In this document: one piece after another, positions 52,622 to 64,000 of the stretch
How positions within the stretch are numbered: position 1 is the stretch's first letter
How the letters are laid out: every line of letters begins with the position of its first letter
NCBI GenBank assembly: GCA_002269645.1
Contig: NIVC01000610.1
Coordinates: forward strand, 1-64,000
DNA: 64,000 nucleotides
Direction: 5' to 3'
DNA from: Macrostomum lignano
Taxonomy: Eukaryota
Made by a program: the position numbers and the translations under genes
Notes under the pieces: generated by a model
What the model was told of the DNA's origin: nothing
Seen by the model: only the letters and a program-made list of their open reading frames with translations
Database searches by the model: none

Positions 52622-52646
52622 TAGACTGCTGCAGGTGCTGATGCAT
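45216..52646 (-). CDS. C2H2 zinc-finger protein (~653 aa from the Met at 52646) with poly-Q/A/P tracts and four dispersed fingers. Exons (minus): 52646-51413, 47406-47033, 45569-45216; the 5' end may extend (acceptor at 52664)
   Basis: Fingers CEHCEKLFCNKYYLRKHKADVH, CDICRKEVCNKYFLRTHKEKVH, CDVCGKEVCNKYFLRVHRLNKH and CPSCGLLCPSQEQLHRHLEQ|SH. Junctions G|gtgaga...ctccag|CA (phase 1) and CAG|gtaagg...ttgcag|TCG (phase 0). Confidence 0.87.
45630..45925. repeat. ~22-bp repeat (ACATAGCGGCTGTACATTTTGT) plus (GT)n in the ZF gene intron
   Basis: Direct reading. Confidence 0.85.
45988..46956 (+). mobile_element. Internally deleted mariner (969 bp) with perfect 29-bp TIRs and TA TSD, antisense within the ZF gene intron
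   Basis: TA|CTTCGGGTGTGTCATAAGTAATGTCACTG...CAGTGACATTACTTATGACACACCCGAAG|TA. Confidence 0.95.
46220..46885 (+). pseudogene. Mariner transposase remnant (catalytic domain only; stops and frameshifts; HTH region missing)
   Basis: LNCLVAEDESWLH (cf. RIVTGDEKW), WQMDTARLHT* (cf. HDNARPH), SPYSPDFNFCKRFLFKWLK (cf. PYSPDLAPSDYHLF), KLYEHCQRVINIGGLYV (cf. KLPERWQKCI...GDY). Confidence 0.9.
47438..47875. repeat. 43-bp perfect minisatellite x10 (CAGCTTATCTATTGATGCTCAGAGCACTGACTGCTCAGACTCA)
   Basis: Direct reading. Confidence 0.97.
48960..49525. repeat. 21-bp CT-rich repeat (CTCTCACTCTCACCCTGTCTC)
   Basis: Direct reading. Confidence 0.9.
50512..51340 (-). repeat. 16-bp satellite (CCCCAAGCTTCACAAT on minus), array 2, at the 5' end of a ZF intron
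   Basis: Plus strand reads (GTGAAGCTTGGGGATT)n. Confidence 0.97.
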
Positions 52647-52794
52647 GCTCCACAGTCCGTTGCCTGCAGAGTGTATTGAATGCGTTCAAAATTTACTTAC
52701 TGTTTTTTATCAATGATGACAGTTTCAATACAATAGGAATTTTGCTGCATGAGATAAGCTTGGTCCACATGTAAGCCTGCTACTTCTACTTATT

Positions 52795-54065
52795 AACTAC
52801 TACTCATTCTACTCTCATTCTACTCTCCTTCTAATCTCCTTCTAATCTCTTTCTAATCTCCTTCTAATCTCATTCTACTCTCATTCTACTCTCATTCTAC
52901 TATCCTTCTAATCTCCTTCTAATCTCATTCTACTCTCATTCTACTCTCCTTCTAGTCACATTCTACTCTCATTCTACTCTCTTTCTAATCGCATTCTACT
53001 CTCCTTCTAATCTCATTATACTCTCCTTCTAACCACATTCTACTCTCATTCTACTCTCTTTCTGATCACATTCTACTCTCATTCTACTCTCTTTCTAATC
53101 TCATTCTACTCTCATTCTACTCTTATTCTAATCTCATTCTACTCTCATTCTACTCTTATTCTAATCTCATTCTACTCTCCTTCTAATCACATTCTACTCT
53201 CATTCTACTCTCCTTCTAATCACATTCTACTCTCATTCTACTCTCTTTCTAATCACATTCTACTCTCATTCTGCTCTCATTCTAATCTCATTCTACTCTC
53301 ATTCTACTCTCATTCTAATCTCATTCTACTCTCCTTCTACTCTCCTTCTACTCTCCTTCTAATCACATTCTACTCTCATTCTACTCTCCTTCTAACCACA
53401 TTCTACTCTCATTCTACTCTCTTTCTGATCACATTCTACTCTCATTCTACTCTCTTTCTAATCTCATTCTACTCTCATTCTACTCTTATTCTAATCTCAT
53501 TCTACTCTGATTCTACTCTCCTTCTACTATCTACTCTCCTTCTAATTTCATTCTACTCTCATTCTACTCTCATTCTAGGCTCATTCTACTCTCATTCTAC
53601 TTTCTTTCTACTCTCATTCTACTCTCCTTCTAATATCATTCTACTCTCCTTCTAATCACATTCTACTCTCATTCTACTCTCATTCTAATCTCATTCTACT
53701 CTCCTTCTACTCTCATTCTACTCCCCTTCCAATCACATTCTACTCTCATTCTACTCTCCTTCTAACCACATTCTACTCTCATTCTACTCTCTTTCTAATC
53801 ACATTCTACTCTCATTCTACTCTCTTTCTAATCTCATTCTACTCTCATTCTACTCTTATTCTAATCTCATTCTACTCTGATTCTACTCTTCTTCTACTAT
53901 CTACTCTCCTTCTTATCTCATTCTACTCTCATTCTACTCTCATTCTAAGCTCATTCTACTCTCATTCTACTTTCTTTCTACTCTCATTCTACTCTCCTTC
54001 TAATATCATTCTACTCTCATTCTAATCTCATTCTACTCTTATTCTACTCCCATTCTATATTTCTA
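52795..54065. repeat. 11-bp degenerate repeat (TTCTACTCTCA / TTCTAATCTCA)
   Basis: Direct reading. Confidence 0.93.
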
Positions 54066-55149
54066 CTGTCACTCTAATCTCCTGTACCTTTCTTTTCCCT
54101 TTTCCCTCCTACTTTGCCATCTTCTTCTATTTCTCTTTTTCACCTTTTTCTCATTTTTTTCTCTACATAGAAATAAATTCTCAATTTCTAATCTCTTTGT
54201 TCCACTTCTTTTCTTAAAAAAGTTGACTTCATAACTTTGAAACTGCATCTGAAGCATTAGTTAGCTTCCGTCCAATCAAAATTTGAGTGCTTCAGTTTTC
54301 GTGTCCCAGATATCTTTACAGAAAACAATGAGAGAAAAATATTAGAAGCGTGCGATTCATCAACGGAAAGATTGACAGGTTCGATGACTCGCTGTGCAAT
54401 CTCTCTCTCTCTCTAAGTTGAAAGTAAGTGAAAAAAGCAAGACTTGGCCCCCTCCCCAAGCCCATTGCTGCAACACTGCAAATTTGCTTTTAACACGTGT
54501 CATTTCTGTCCTTAAGCCTATTCAGAAACACGGGAAATGGAGAAAAAAGTCATTGCAAAGTCAGCGGAGGCCTTGAGCGCCAAAAGTTTAAAAAAGAAAC
54601 AAGTGCCAAGGCTGCAGGCGCCTCCGCCCCAGCAAATATTTGTCTTTGGGTGGAGAATTCTCCCACACAGTAGGAAAATGGGAGCAGGAACTCAGGAGGC
54701 GAGATTACCAGTCAGCAGAGGCCATAAATCCCGGAGCGCACTGTCAATTTTATATTTTTCTTCCGTATTTGCTGATGAAAAAAATGTGTCTTTTTTGATT
54801 GCCCCAGCTTCCTGCGATTCCGAATTTCTTCTTCTTCGCTGATGCCCCCTAAATTGGCTGCTAAAATTGTTTTGTTTTAATGGAGAGTCGAGTTTTAGTG
54901 TGGCCAGCTAGACCCTGCCGACCTCAATAAAACTTGCCAAGAGCGCGTGTCAGCAATGGCCTGACTTCCTTATATCGCTTTTCATTGCTTCATCAGAATC
55001 AGATGTGTTGCAGAAAAAAACAGAAAAAATTGCAGCCGTTCTGCTTTTAGCCACTAAGTGAGCGAGCGAGTGAAGGAAAATGAAGGCAATTAAGCTTTTA
55101 TGGCCCCTACTTACACCTAGGCTTAAGGCTCAGGCATCACAGAGTCCGA

Positions 55150-55455
55150 TGGAGAGCATGAGAACTGATATCCTAATCCCAATGAGAACTAATATCCTAA
55201 TCCCAATGAGAACTAATATCCTAATCCCAATGAGAACTAATAGCCTAATCCCAATGAGAACTAATAGCCTAATCCCAATGAGAACTAATAGCCTAATCCC
55301 AATGAGAACTAATAGCCTAATCCCAATGAGAACTAATATCCTAATCCCAATGAGAACTAATAGCCTAATCCCAATGAGAACTAATAGCCTAATCCCAATG
55401 AGAACTAATAGCCTAATCCCAATGAGAACTAATAGCCTAATCCCAATGAGAATTC
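55150..55455. repeat. 24-bp minisatellite (ATGAGAACTAATAGCCTAATCCCA) x~12
   Basis: Direct reading. Confidence 0.95.
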
Positions 55456-56469
55456 CTATCCCCATTATTGCAACAGATTAGGGTGAAGTTTCAATGCAAA
55501 TTTGTTCGGGACAAGTGTATAAGGCTGCGCTGCACTTTCTGTCCCACTAGAATCCGCAGCACCCTTTTTGCTATCTTGTTTTGTTTTACTTTTTGTTAGA
55601 CAGTTCAAAATTGGTTGGTGGTGGGAAAAAATGTAAAAATACCCCCCCCCCCACTGGATTCCTTTGAAAACAAGAAACGAAACACACAAAAAGTAGGCTT
55701 AAACCCGAGCCTCCTTCACTTGAAAACATTTCCTTCCCAAAAGGTGTTGTTCTTCGACAAGATTGCTGCTGCGATGGGGAGAGGATGAACAATTCCCAGT
55801 CAAGGGTGATTGACAACTTGGGGGGAGGGGCTGGAGGTCTCGCTTGCCACTGCAGGCAAAATGTAAATGAACAGAAAGAGATAATCATATTTGAAAAGCG
55901 GCCACCCCCAGCAGGCTGGGAGAGATAAAACTCGAAGTAAACCGAGAGAAAACTTTCCCTCTATCGGCTGGTAAAGAAAAGCGAAATCTGAAAAAAAGGA
56001 AATGGCAACGAACCCGGGACTGGAGGAATTCCAGTTCTGAGCCGCAAAGTTCTTTATCGCTTCATCTGGCCTCTTGGCTCCCCCCTCTCCGTGAACCCGC
56101 AGTTGAGTGATTTATTTCAGCCAAAACTAGATCCCGCTCAGAGACGCAGAGACAGCAAAGCTCTATTAATATCGAACAACAATTATTTTTAAACCCTCTA
56201 GGCAAAAACATTGAAATTAAATAGTTTTGAATCAAGAAATATGTAACGAAGCACAGTAGCTCTGCGTCCGAATCTTGCATCACGACCCCGGGTTGGATTC
56301 CGTGAGCACGCTCAAACACGTTCATTTGGTCAGATGCATTTTCGTGCGATTCACAGCCATGATGGCTAACCCCCAAGGCACAGGCAGTGTAGATGCTTGA
56401 CGATTAGAAAGTCTGGGCTGCTGTACACCCTGTGTGATGAGCGTGAAGTTGGTAGATTGAGAGGAGAGT

Positions 56470-57245
56470 CAGAAGAGGGTACGGAAAGTTTGGTAGATCG
56501 GGGGGGAGTCAGGAGAGGGTATGGCAAGTTTGGTAGATAGATCGGGGGGAGAGTCAGAAGGTATGGCAAGTTGTTAAATCGGGGGGGAGAGTCAGGAGAA
56601 GGTATGGCAAGTTGTTAAATCGGGGGCGAGAGTCAGGAGAAGGTATGGCAAGTTTGGTAGATAGATCGGGGGGAGAGTCAGAAGGTATGGCAAGTTGTTA
56701 AATCGGGGGGGAGAGTCAGGAGAAGGTATGGCAAGTTGTTAAATCGGGGGGGGGAGTCAGGAGAAGGTATGGCAAGTTGGTAGATCGGGGGGAGAGTCAG
56801 GAGAGGGTATGGCAAGTTGTTAAATCGGGGGGGAGTCAGGAGAGGGTATGGCAAGTTGTTAGATCGGGGGGAGAGTCAGGAGAGGGTATGGCAAGTTGTT
56901 AAATCGGGGGGAGAGTCAGGAGAGGGTATGGCAAGTTGTTAAATCGGGGGGGAGAGTCAGGAGAGGGTATGGCAAGTTGTTAAATCGGGGGGGAGAGTCA
57001 GGAGAAGGTATGGCAAGTTGCTAAATCGGGGGGGAGTCAGGAGAGGGTATGGCAAGTTGCTAAATCGGGGGGGGGAGAGTCAGGAGAGGGTATGGCAAGT
57101 TGCTAAATCGGGGGGGAGAGTCAGGAGAGGGTATGGCAAGTTGGTAGATCGGGGGGGAGAGTCAGGAGAGGGTATGGCAAGTTGTTAAATCGGGGGGGGG
57201 AGAGTCAGGAGAGGGTATGGCGGTAGATCGGGGGTCGGAGAGTCA
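56470..57245. repeat. G-rich ~39-bp minisatellite (GGGGGGAGAGTCAGGAGAGGGTATGGCAAGTTGTTAAATC)
   Basis: Direct reading; G-run length varies between units. Confidence 0.93.
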
Positions 57246-58139
57246 GAAGCGGGGGTTATGAGAGGATGTCTCTCTGGCTCCCAGCTCTGAGTCTGAGACT
57301 GAGAGTCGTGACTTTTTATTGCTAATCAGCAACTTCGCAGCTCATCAGGCCTAGCTAACACGCGACGCCCCTCTTGAGTAACCAAGCGCCAGTGTTCCGA
57401 AAGCTTCAGGGCATTTCATCATTTCCATTGCCATTCAAATCGGCTAGCCAGAGCTCATTCATTTTGCCGCCCTACTCTGGCATTTGAGAGCTCCGCTTTT
57501 TAATTAGAGAAGCCAAATGCAAGCCTCCCTGACAGCTTTGAGCTTTTGTTTCTGTCTGCCACCCACTGCTCTTGTCCCCGGCTGCTGGTTTCCGGTGTCC
57601 CTCCAAGCTTGCACGAGACTTCACTTTTGATTGAAAATTTCCTGCCTGCCGCAGAAACTTCTGCCGGAGTCAGCAATTGACTCTTTCCGCCGTGTTCGAT
57701 TTAGCAAAAAAGGGACCCTATTGAGTCGCACACGACTCTCTTGTCTGGTGGCAGAAATTTGATTAACCAACCCCCCATGGTGGCGCTAAATTCAGGTGTT
57801 CTCGCGCGAAATCCGCAAAATTGGAGAGAGAGAGAGAGAAGGCAAAAAATAACACACAAAAAATAATCAAGTGAGCGACACGACTGTGACGGGGGGGGCT
57901 GCCTGACAATGGTATCCGCAATGGTATACGGATATTTTTAATCGAGAGGAGATTGAGGGATTGCTGAATGAAGATAATGAGGTTTGAGATGAGAATTGAG
58001 AGAGCCGTTATAATGCTTCTTTCGAGATTGCAAAACATTTTATTGGGCAGCTACTGGGGTTTTGGGTTAAACTGCTGAGGTTTCCACATCCTGGCTCAGC
58101 TTCTGTAAGGTCCTGGGTTGAATGGTAAACTTCATCGGG

Positions 58140-58735
58140 TAGGTTTGTGTCACTCACTGTTAGTTTCAGGTAGGTTCTGTGTCACTCTGTTAGTTTTAGG
58201 TAGGTTTTGTGTCACTCAGTTTCGGCAGGTAGGTTCTGTGTCACTCAGTTTCGGCAGGTAGGTTCTGTGTCACTCCGTTAGTTTCAGGTAGGTTTTGTGT
58301 CACTCTGTTAGTTTCAGGTAGGTTTTGTGTCACTCCGTTAGTTTCAGGTAGGTTTTGTGTCACTCACTGTTAGTTTCAGGTAGGTTTTGTGTCACTCACT
58401 GTTAGTTTCAGGTAGGTTCTGTGTCACTCTGTTAGTTTTAGGTAGGTTTTGTGTCACTCAGTTTCGGCAGGTAGGTTCTGTGTCACTCAGTTTCGGCAGG
58501 TAGGTTCTGTGTCACTCAGTTTCGGCAGGTAGGTTTTGTGTCACTCTGTTAGTTTCAGGTAGGTTTTGTGTCACTCCGTTAGTTTCAGGTAGGTTTTGTG
58601 TCACTCTGTTATTTTTAGGTAGGTTTTGTGTCACTCCGTTAGTTTCAGGTAGGTTTTGTGTCACTCCGTTAGTTTCAGGTAGGTTTTGTGTCACTCCGTT
58701 AGCTTCAGGTAGGTTTTGTGTCACTCTGTTAGTCA
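58140..58735. repeat. ~30-bp minisatellite (GTAGGTTTTGTGTCACTCCGTTAGTTTCAG)
   Basis: Direct reading. Confidence 0.95.
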
Positions 58736-59907
58736 GGTAAGTAAGTAGGTAGGTTCTTTAGCACTGTTTTGGGAGGGACGCTGTTTAGGAGGCTGTTGAT
58801 GAGGCGCAACTCTAATTCTTGGGCCTGTGCCAACAGTTCCAAATTCCCAATTAACTCAAGCAAAGTTAAACCCAGAAAGAAGCAGACACGGAATTATAAA
58901 AATAAGCGGAACTCTGCCTAAAGGCGAGTTTCATCAAAAACAGATTTCTGACACAGGTGAGTCCTAAAATGAAAACTTAGAAGAAGCAGACAATTTTGCA
59001 ATCCAACTTCAAATTTATTCCTTTACAATTGCTTCTTCTACTCTGAGCCTTCGCTCTGGAGAGACTGAAAACCCATTTTTGCCAATAATAATAACTCTTG
59101 ACCAAAGCGAATTTTGGCGGGAACAATTATTGGAAAATTGTAATAATTGAAGGCGCTCCACTTAGCCGAAATCCTTGAAGCCGAGAAGCGCAGGCCTTTC
59201 TGGCTGGGCCCTGTTGACAATGCTACTACCGAGTCAAGTGGTCATTCAAAAAAGAAGAGACACGAAATTTCTTTCATTTCAATTTTTCCCCACAGCCTTT
59301 ACCGTCTGCTCCCCCCTTGCCTATCTCCCAGCAGTTATGAATTCCCAGAATTGAGACAATTGGGATGGCGCATTAATATCGTGTGCAGGCTCACTCACCT
59401 GCAAAGTTGTACAGACCGCCGATGGCTTCAGACACGGCAGGTGGATGGCGCAGCTCGTAGGCCTCAGTTGAACCAGAAGTTTCCATTTTTTGTTGCTTTC
59501 ACCTCGGCCTGCTGTTGGGGATGACGCGCACGGAATGAGAGCTTTTATATATATATATATATAATTATCAAGAAATCTAGGAGTATCTATCTCACTTTGT
59601 CTTTTTGTTTCTTCTTTTGCCTCTCTTCCTTTATCGTAGCGGCTCCGTCTCCCTCTAATTTAACTCGCTAAACTCAGCGGGGGTGAGGAGGCAGGGGTGG
59701 GGGGGGGGGTTCGCCCGTAGTGCATTGGCTACAGCTGCCTTCCCCTCTGAACTTGCCAGTGAATCAGCACTGCAGCCCCGGCCTCAACAACTGCCAGCCA
59801 CCCACTCTACCAATCCTGCGCGTTGCTTTGCAGCCACCCCAAATTGCTGGCTGACTTTTTTGCTTCGCACTGATTCGAAACTTTGCTTTGACAAGGAGGG
59901 CTGGGGA

Positions 59908-60618
<711 letters not shown>

Positions 60619-61054
60619 CTCCACTTTTCCAGACACACGGGGAAATTTAATTGCACCAGCTTCATAAAGGCATATCCAATCATTTGTCTTACTAATCTCT
60701 TATCAGATTTTCAGGCACTGTCTCTTCAATCCGCCCAGTTGATCTGATAAAAATATCCCAGAAAAACTTACTTCAGCAGAAGAAGCAGGTCGGATGGGGC
60801 GTCCAGCGCCGCCCTCCTTTATCCCACCTGGCAACTAACTAACAAGCTAAGGCTCCCGCTACCGTCATGGATTTCTAGAGCCCAACTCTGAATAGGGATA
60901 CCTGTATTCTTGAGTTTTTGAAGCTGAGGCATTCCAAAGAAAACCTATTTCAGTTTTCTTCTCTGTTTTACCGCACACACGCAACATCCATTGTTTGTTT
61001 ACTTGAGCTGTGAGTTCTTAATCCGAATGCTCAATAAGCTTGTGTCAAAAAGGG

Positions 61055-61855
61055 TCCCCAAGCTTCACAATCCCCAATTCACAATCCCCAATTCACAATC
61101 CCCAATTCCCCACCCCTAAGTTTCACAATCCCCAATTCACAATCCCCAATTCCCCACCCCCAAGTTGCACAATCTCCAAGCTTCACAATCCCCAATTCCC
61201 CACCCCTAAGTTTCACAATCCCCAATTCACAATCCCCAATTCCCCACCCCTAAGTTTCACAATCCCCAATTCACAATCCCTAATTCCCCACCCCCAAGTT
61301 GCACAATCTCCAAGCTTCACAATCCCCAATTCCCCACCCCTAAGTTTCACAATCCCCAATTCACAATCCCCAATTCCCCACCCCTAAGTTTCACAATCCC
61401 CAATTCACAATCCCTAATTCCCCACCCCCAAGTTGCACAATCTCCAAGCTTCACAATCCCCAATTCCCCACCCCTAAGTTTCACAATCCCCAATTCACAA
61501 TCCCCAATTCCCCACCCCCAAGTTTCACAATCCCCAAGCTTCACAATCCCCAAGCTTCACAATCCCCAAGCTTCATAATCCCTAAGCTTCACAATCCCCA
61601 AGCTTCACAATCCCCAAGCTTCACAATCCCCAAGCTTCACAATCCCCAAGCTTCACAATCCCCAAGCTTCACGATCCACAAGCTTCACAATCCCCAAGCT
61701 TCACATTCCCCAAGCTTCATAATCCCTAAGCTTCACAATCCCCAAGCTTCACAATCCCCAAGCTTCACAATCCCCAAGCTTCACAATCCCCAAGCTTCAC
61801 AATCCCGAAGCTTCACAATCCCCAGGCTTCAGAATCCCTAAGCTTCACAATCCCC
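61055..61855 (+). repeat. 16-bp satellite (CCCCAAGCTTCACAAT), array 3, with a derived composite variant in its 5' half
   Basis: Direct reading; variant units CCCCAATTCCCCACCCCTAAGTTTCACAAT. Confidence 0.95.
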
Positions 61856-62294
61856 ATCGGTGTCGTTCAGAATCGGTATCGTTATTATCGTCGTAAAAAT
61901 AGGGCAGCGACAATAACACGCAAAGCTGTGCAGATGAAGTTAAAAACTGACTGTAGGCGTTTAATAGTGGCAATCAGTCGGTTCAACTGTACTTTTGGAA
62001 AGCTATTTTCCCTGACTCATCGAGTCCTTTGTGTGCTCGCTTCTTTTCTGTAAATTGTGATTGCAACGGCTGGGTTAGAAATTATTCACCGAAAGACACT
62101 GACTTCTCGAAGTTCGATACTGACTTTTGCAGAATCTTTGTCTGGCTACTGGGTGATGAAGCAACTCATTTACCAATATCGAATTCATTTTTCTTACTTA
62201 AATACAATACAATCTTTTTAAAGTATCTTCTAGCTAGTGGCATATTTTAGTGACTGTATGATTCTTTAGGCTGGGCTCTCAATGCCTAGTGAGG

Positions 62295-62790
62295 CGCTTC
62301 AGTTCTTATTGTGGCGCCTTAAATACTGCTGATTGTGGCGCTTCAGTGCTTATTGTGGCGCTTCAGTGCTTATTGTGGCGCCTTAAATACTGCTGATTGT
62401 GGCGCTTCAATGCTGATGGTGGCGCTTCAATGCTTATTGTGGCGCTTCAGTGCTTATTGTGGCGCTTCAGTGCTTATTGTGGCGCTTCAATGCTGATTGT
62501 GGCGCTTCAATGCTGATTGTGGCGCTTTAATGCTGATTGTGGCGCTTCAATGCTGATTGTGGCGCTTCAATGCTGATTGTGGCGCTTCAATGCTGATTGT
62601 GGCGCTTCAATGCTGATTTTGGCGCCTTAAATACTGCTGATTGTGGCGCTTCAATGCTGATTGTGGCGCCTTAAATACTGCTGATTGTGGCGCTTCAATG
62701 CTGATTGTTGCGCCTTAAATACTGCTGATTGTGGCGCTTTAATGCTGATTGTCGCGCCTTAAATACTGCTGATTGTGACGCTTCAGTTCT
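62295..62790. repeat. 20-bp minisatellite (GTGGCGCTTCAATGCTGATT)
   Basis: Direct reading. Confidence 0.93.
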
Positions 62791-63709
62791 TATTGTTGTG
62801 CTTCTAGTTTTATTTGACAGGCCAGCAGTGAAAGTATACTTTGCTATGCGAATATATTATTAATCTTTTTCAACTATTAGACACCAAACACAGCGATGGA
62901 AACTGTTTCAATTGACCCATTCGCTGCAACACTTGAACCGGCGGCCTCTTAGAGTCCGGATTTGGACTGACTTGCTTTTAATAAGCTGGCCCATGCACAT
63001 TCTGGCATAGTTGCATCTCTGGGGAGCCACAGCCCATCCCGACCCTTGCACCCCCATAGTTCAGGCTCTTTCAGATTCGGTCATAATTTAAAAATTTTAG
63101 AGCGCCGCTCTGTCCCGGCGCGCTCCAAATTTCATAGACAGATTTTTCTGCCCGGCCGCCTGCTAGGGGGATTTGATCCCTGTTTGGGGCTCGGTCGGCT
63201 AATGGAAACCTTTCGAAATATGCGACAACCAAGGAGGGGAGGATAGGGAGGCCCGCCTCTATTTTTGCTAATTTGAAGTTTTATGTGCCCACTGGGGTCC
63301 CCGTCGAGGGACGGGCTCGCGTCCTCTTCTGTTGTGTCTCTGCCGCCTCCTTCTGGGAAGAAGAGATTGCGGAGAGGCTCCTGCTTGTCAGTTTTCGCTG
63401 GCTAGCTTAAAAAAATATCGAAGCGGATTCCTGTTTGACTTCTTGTTGTCGTCTTTTTGGGCGTCTCCTCCCCCCTTTAGTCCGCCTCAGATTTAAGGGG
63501 AGGGCCTGCGGCTGCCTCAACAGAACAGTTGTTGGGGCGACAAGTTTCTCTTGTCTGAAAATTGCTTTGCTTTTTGGTTGGAACTTTTCTATTCGGCTCC
63601 CTGCTGGGATGCTTTGCAATTTTTTGATAATAAATTTCTTACAAATAAAAAATAATAAAGGGATATGGAACAGAATACTGGAGGAAGTAGGCTGAGCGAA
63701 AGTAAGGCA

Positions 63710-64000
63710 GAGCGGAGAGAGGCAGAGCGGAGGGAGGCAGGGCGGAGGGAGGCAGAGCGGAGAGAGGCAGAGCGGAGGGAGGCAGGGCGGAGAGAGGCAG
63801 AGCGGAGGGAGGCAGAGCGGAGAGAGGCAGAGCGGAGGGAGGCAGAGCGGAGGGAGGCAGAGGGAGGCAAAGCGGAGAGAGGCAGAGCGGAGAGAGGCAG
63901 AGGGAGGCAGGGCGGAGGGAGGCAGAGCGGAGAGAGGCAGAGGGAGGCAGAGAGGAGAGAGGCAGAGGGAGGCAGGGCGGAGGGAGGCAGAGGGAGGCAG
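63710..64000. repeat. 15-bp repeat (GGCAGAGCGGAGAGA), running off the window end
   Basis: Direct reading. Confidence 0.93.

Noticed and set aside
55150-55455. Interstitial telomeric repeat (CCTAATCCC)
   Set aside because: A 24-bp unit without tandem CCCTAA hexamers

Overview
Eukaryotic (animal) genomic DNA with GC-rich exons in AT-rich, minisatellite-filled introns. A free-living flatworm such as Macrostomum is my inference, from the flatworm-type annexin linker and the repeat landscape; it is not proven. Four spliced protein-coding genes can be built by hand with phase-consistent GT-AG junctions. (1) A ~808-aa protein with three TIR/flavodoxin-like domains and a C-terminal transmembrane helix (minus, 1128-5111). 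(2) A RING-less TRAF with coiled coil + MATH (plus, 16651-17819). (3) A 9-exon annexin with a long G/Y/P/Q-rich N-terminus (minus, 21266-34051). (4) A poly-Q/A-rich C2H2 zinc-finger protein with CNKY[FY]L fingers (minus, 45216-52646). Mobile DNA: a 4.57-kb TA-flanked DNA transposon carrying a decayed BEN/DUF4806-like gene, nested in a MITE whose uninterrupted sister copy lies at 32.7 kb; a hAT-type MITE with a perfect 8-bp TSD; two other inverted-repeat elements; a tRNA-derived SINE inside a satellite; and an internally deleted mariner. About 30 tandem arrays make up a large part of the window and account for most long ORFs in the ORF track. There are no prokaryotic features such as CRISPR, and no rRNA. 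The best candidates for something new are the membrane-anchored triple-TIR-like protein near a RING-less TRAF, and the BEN-carrying transposon.
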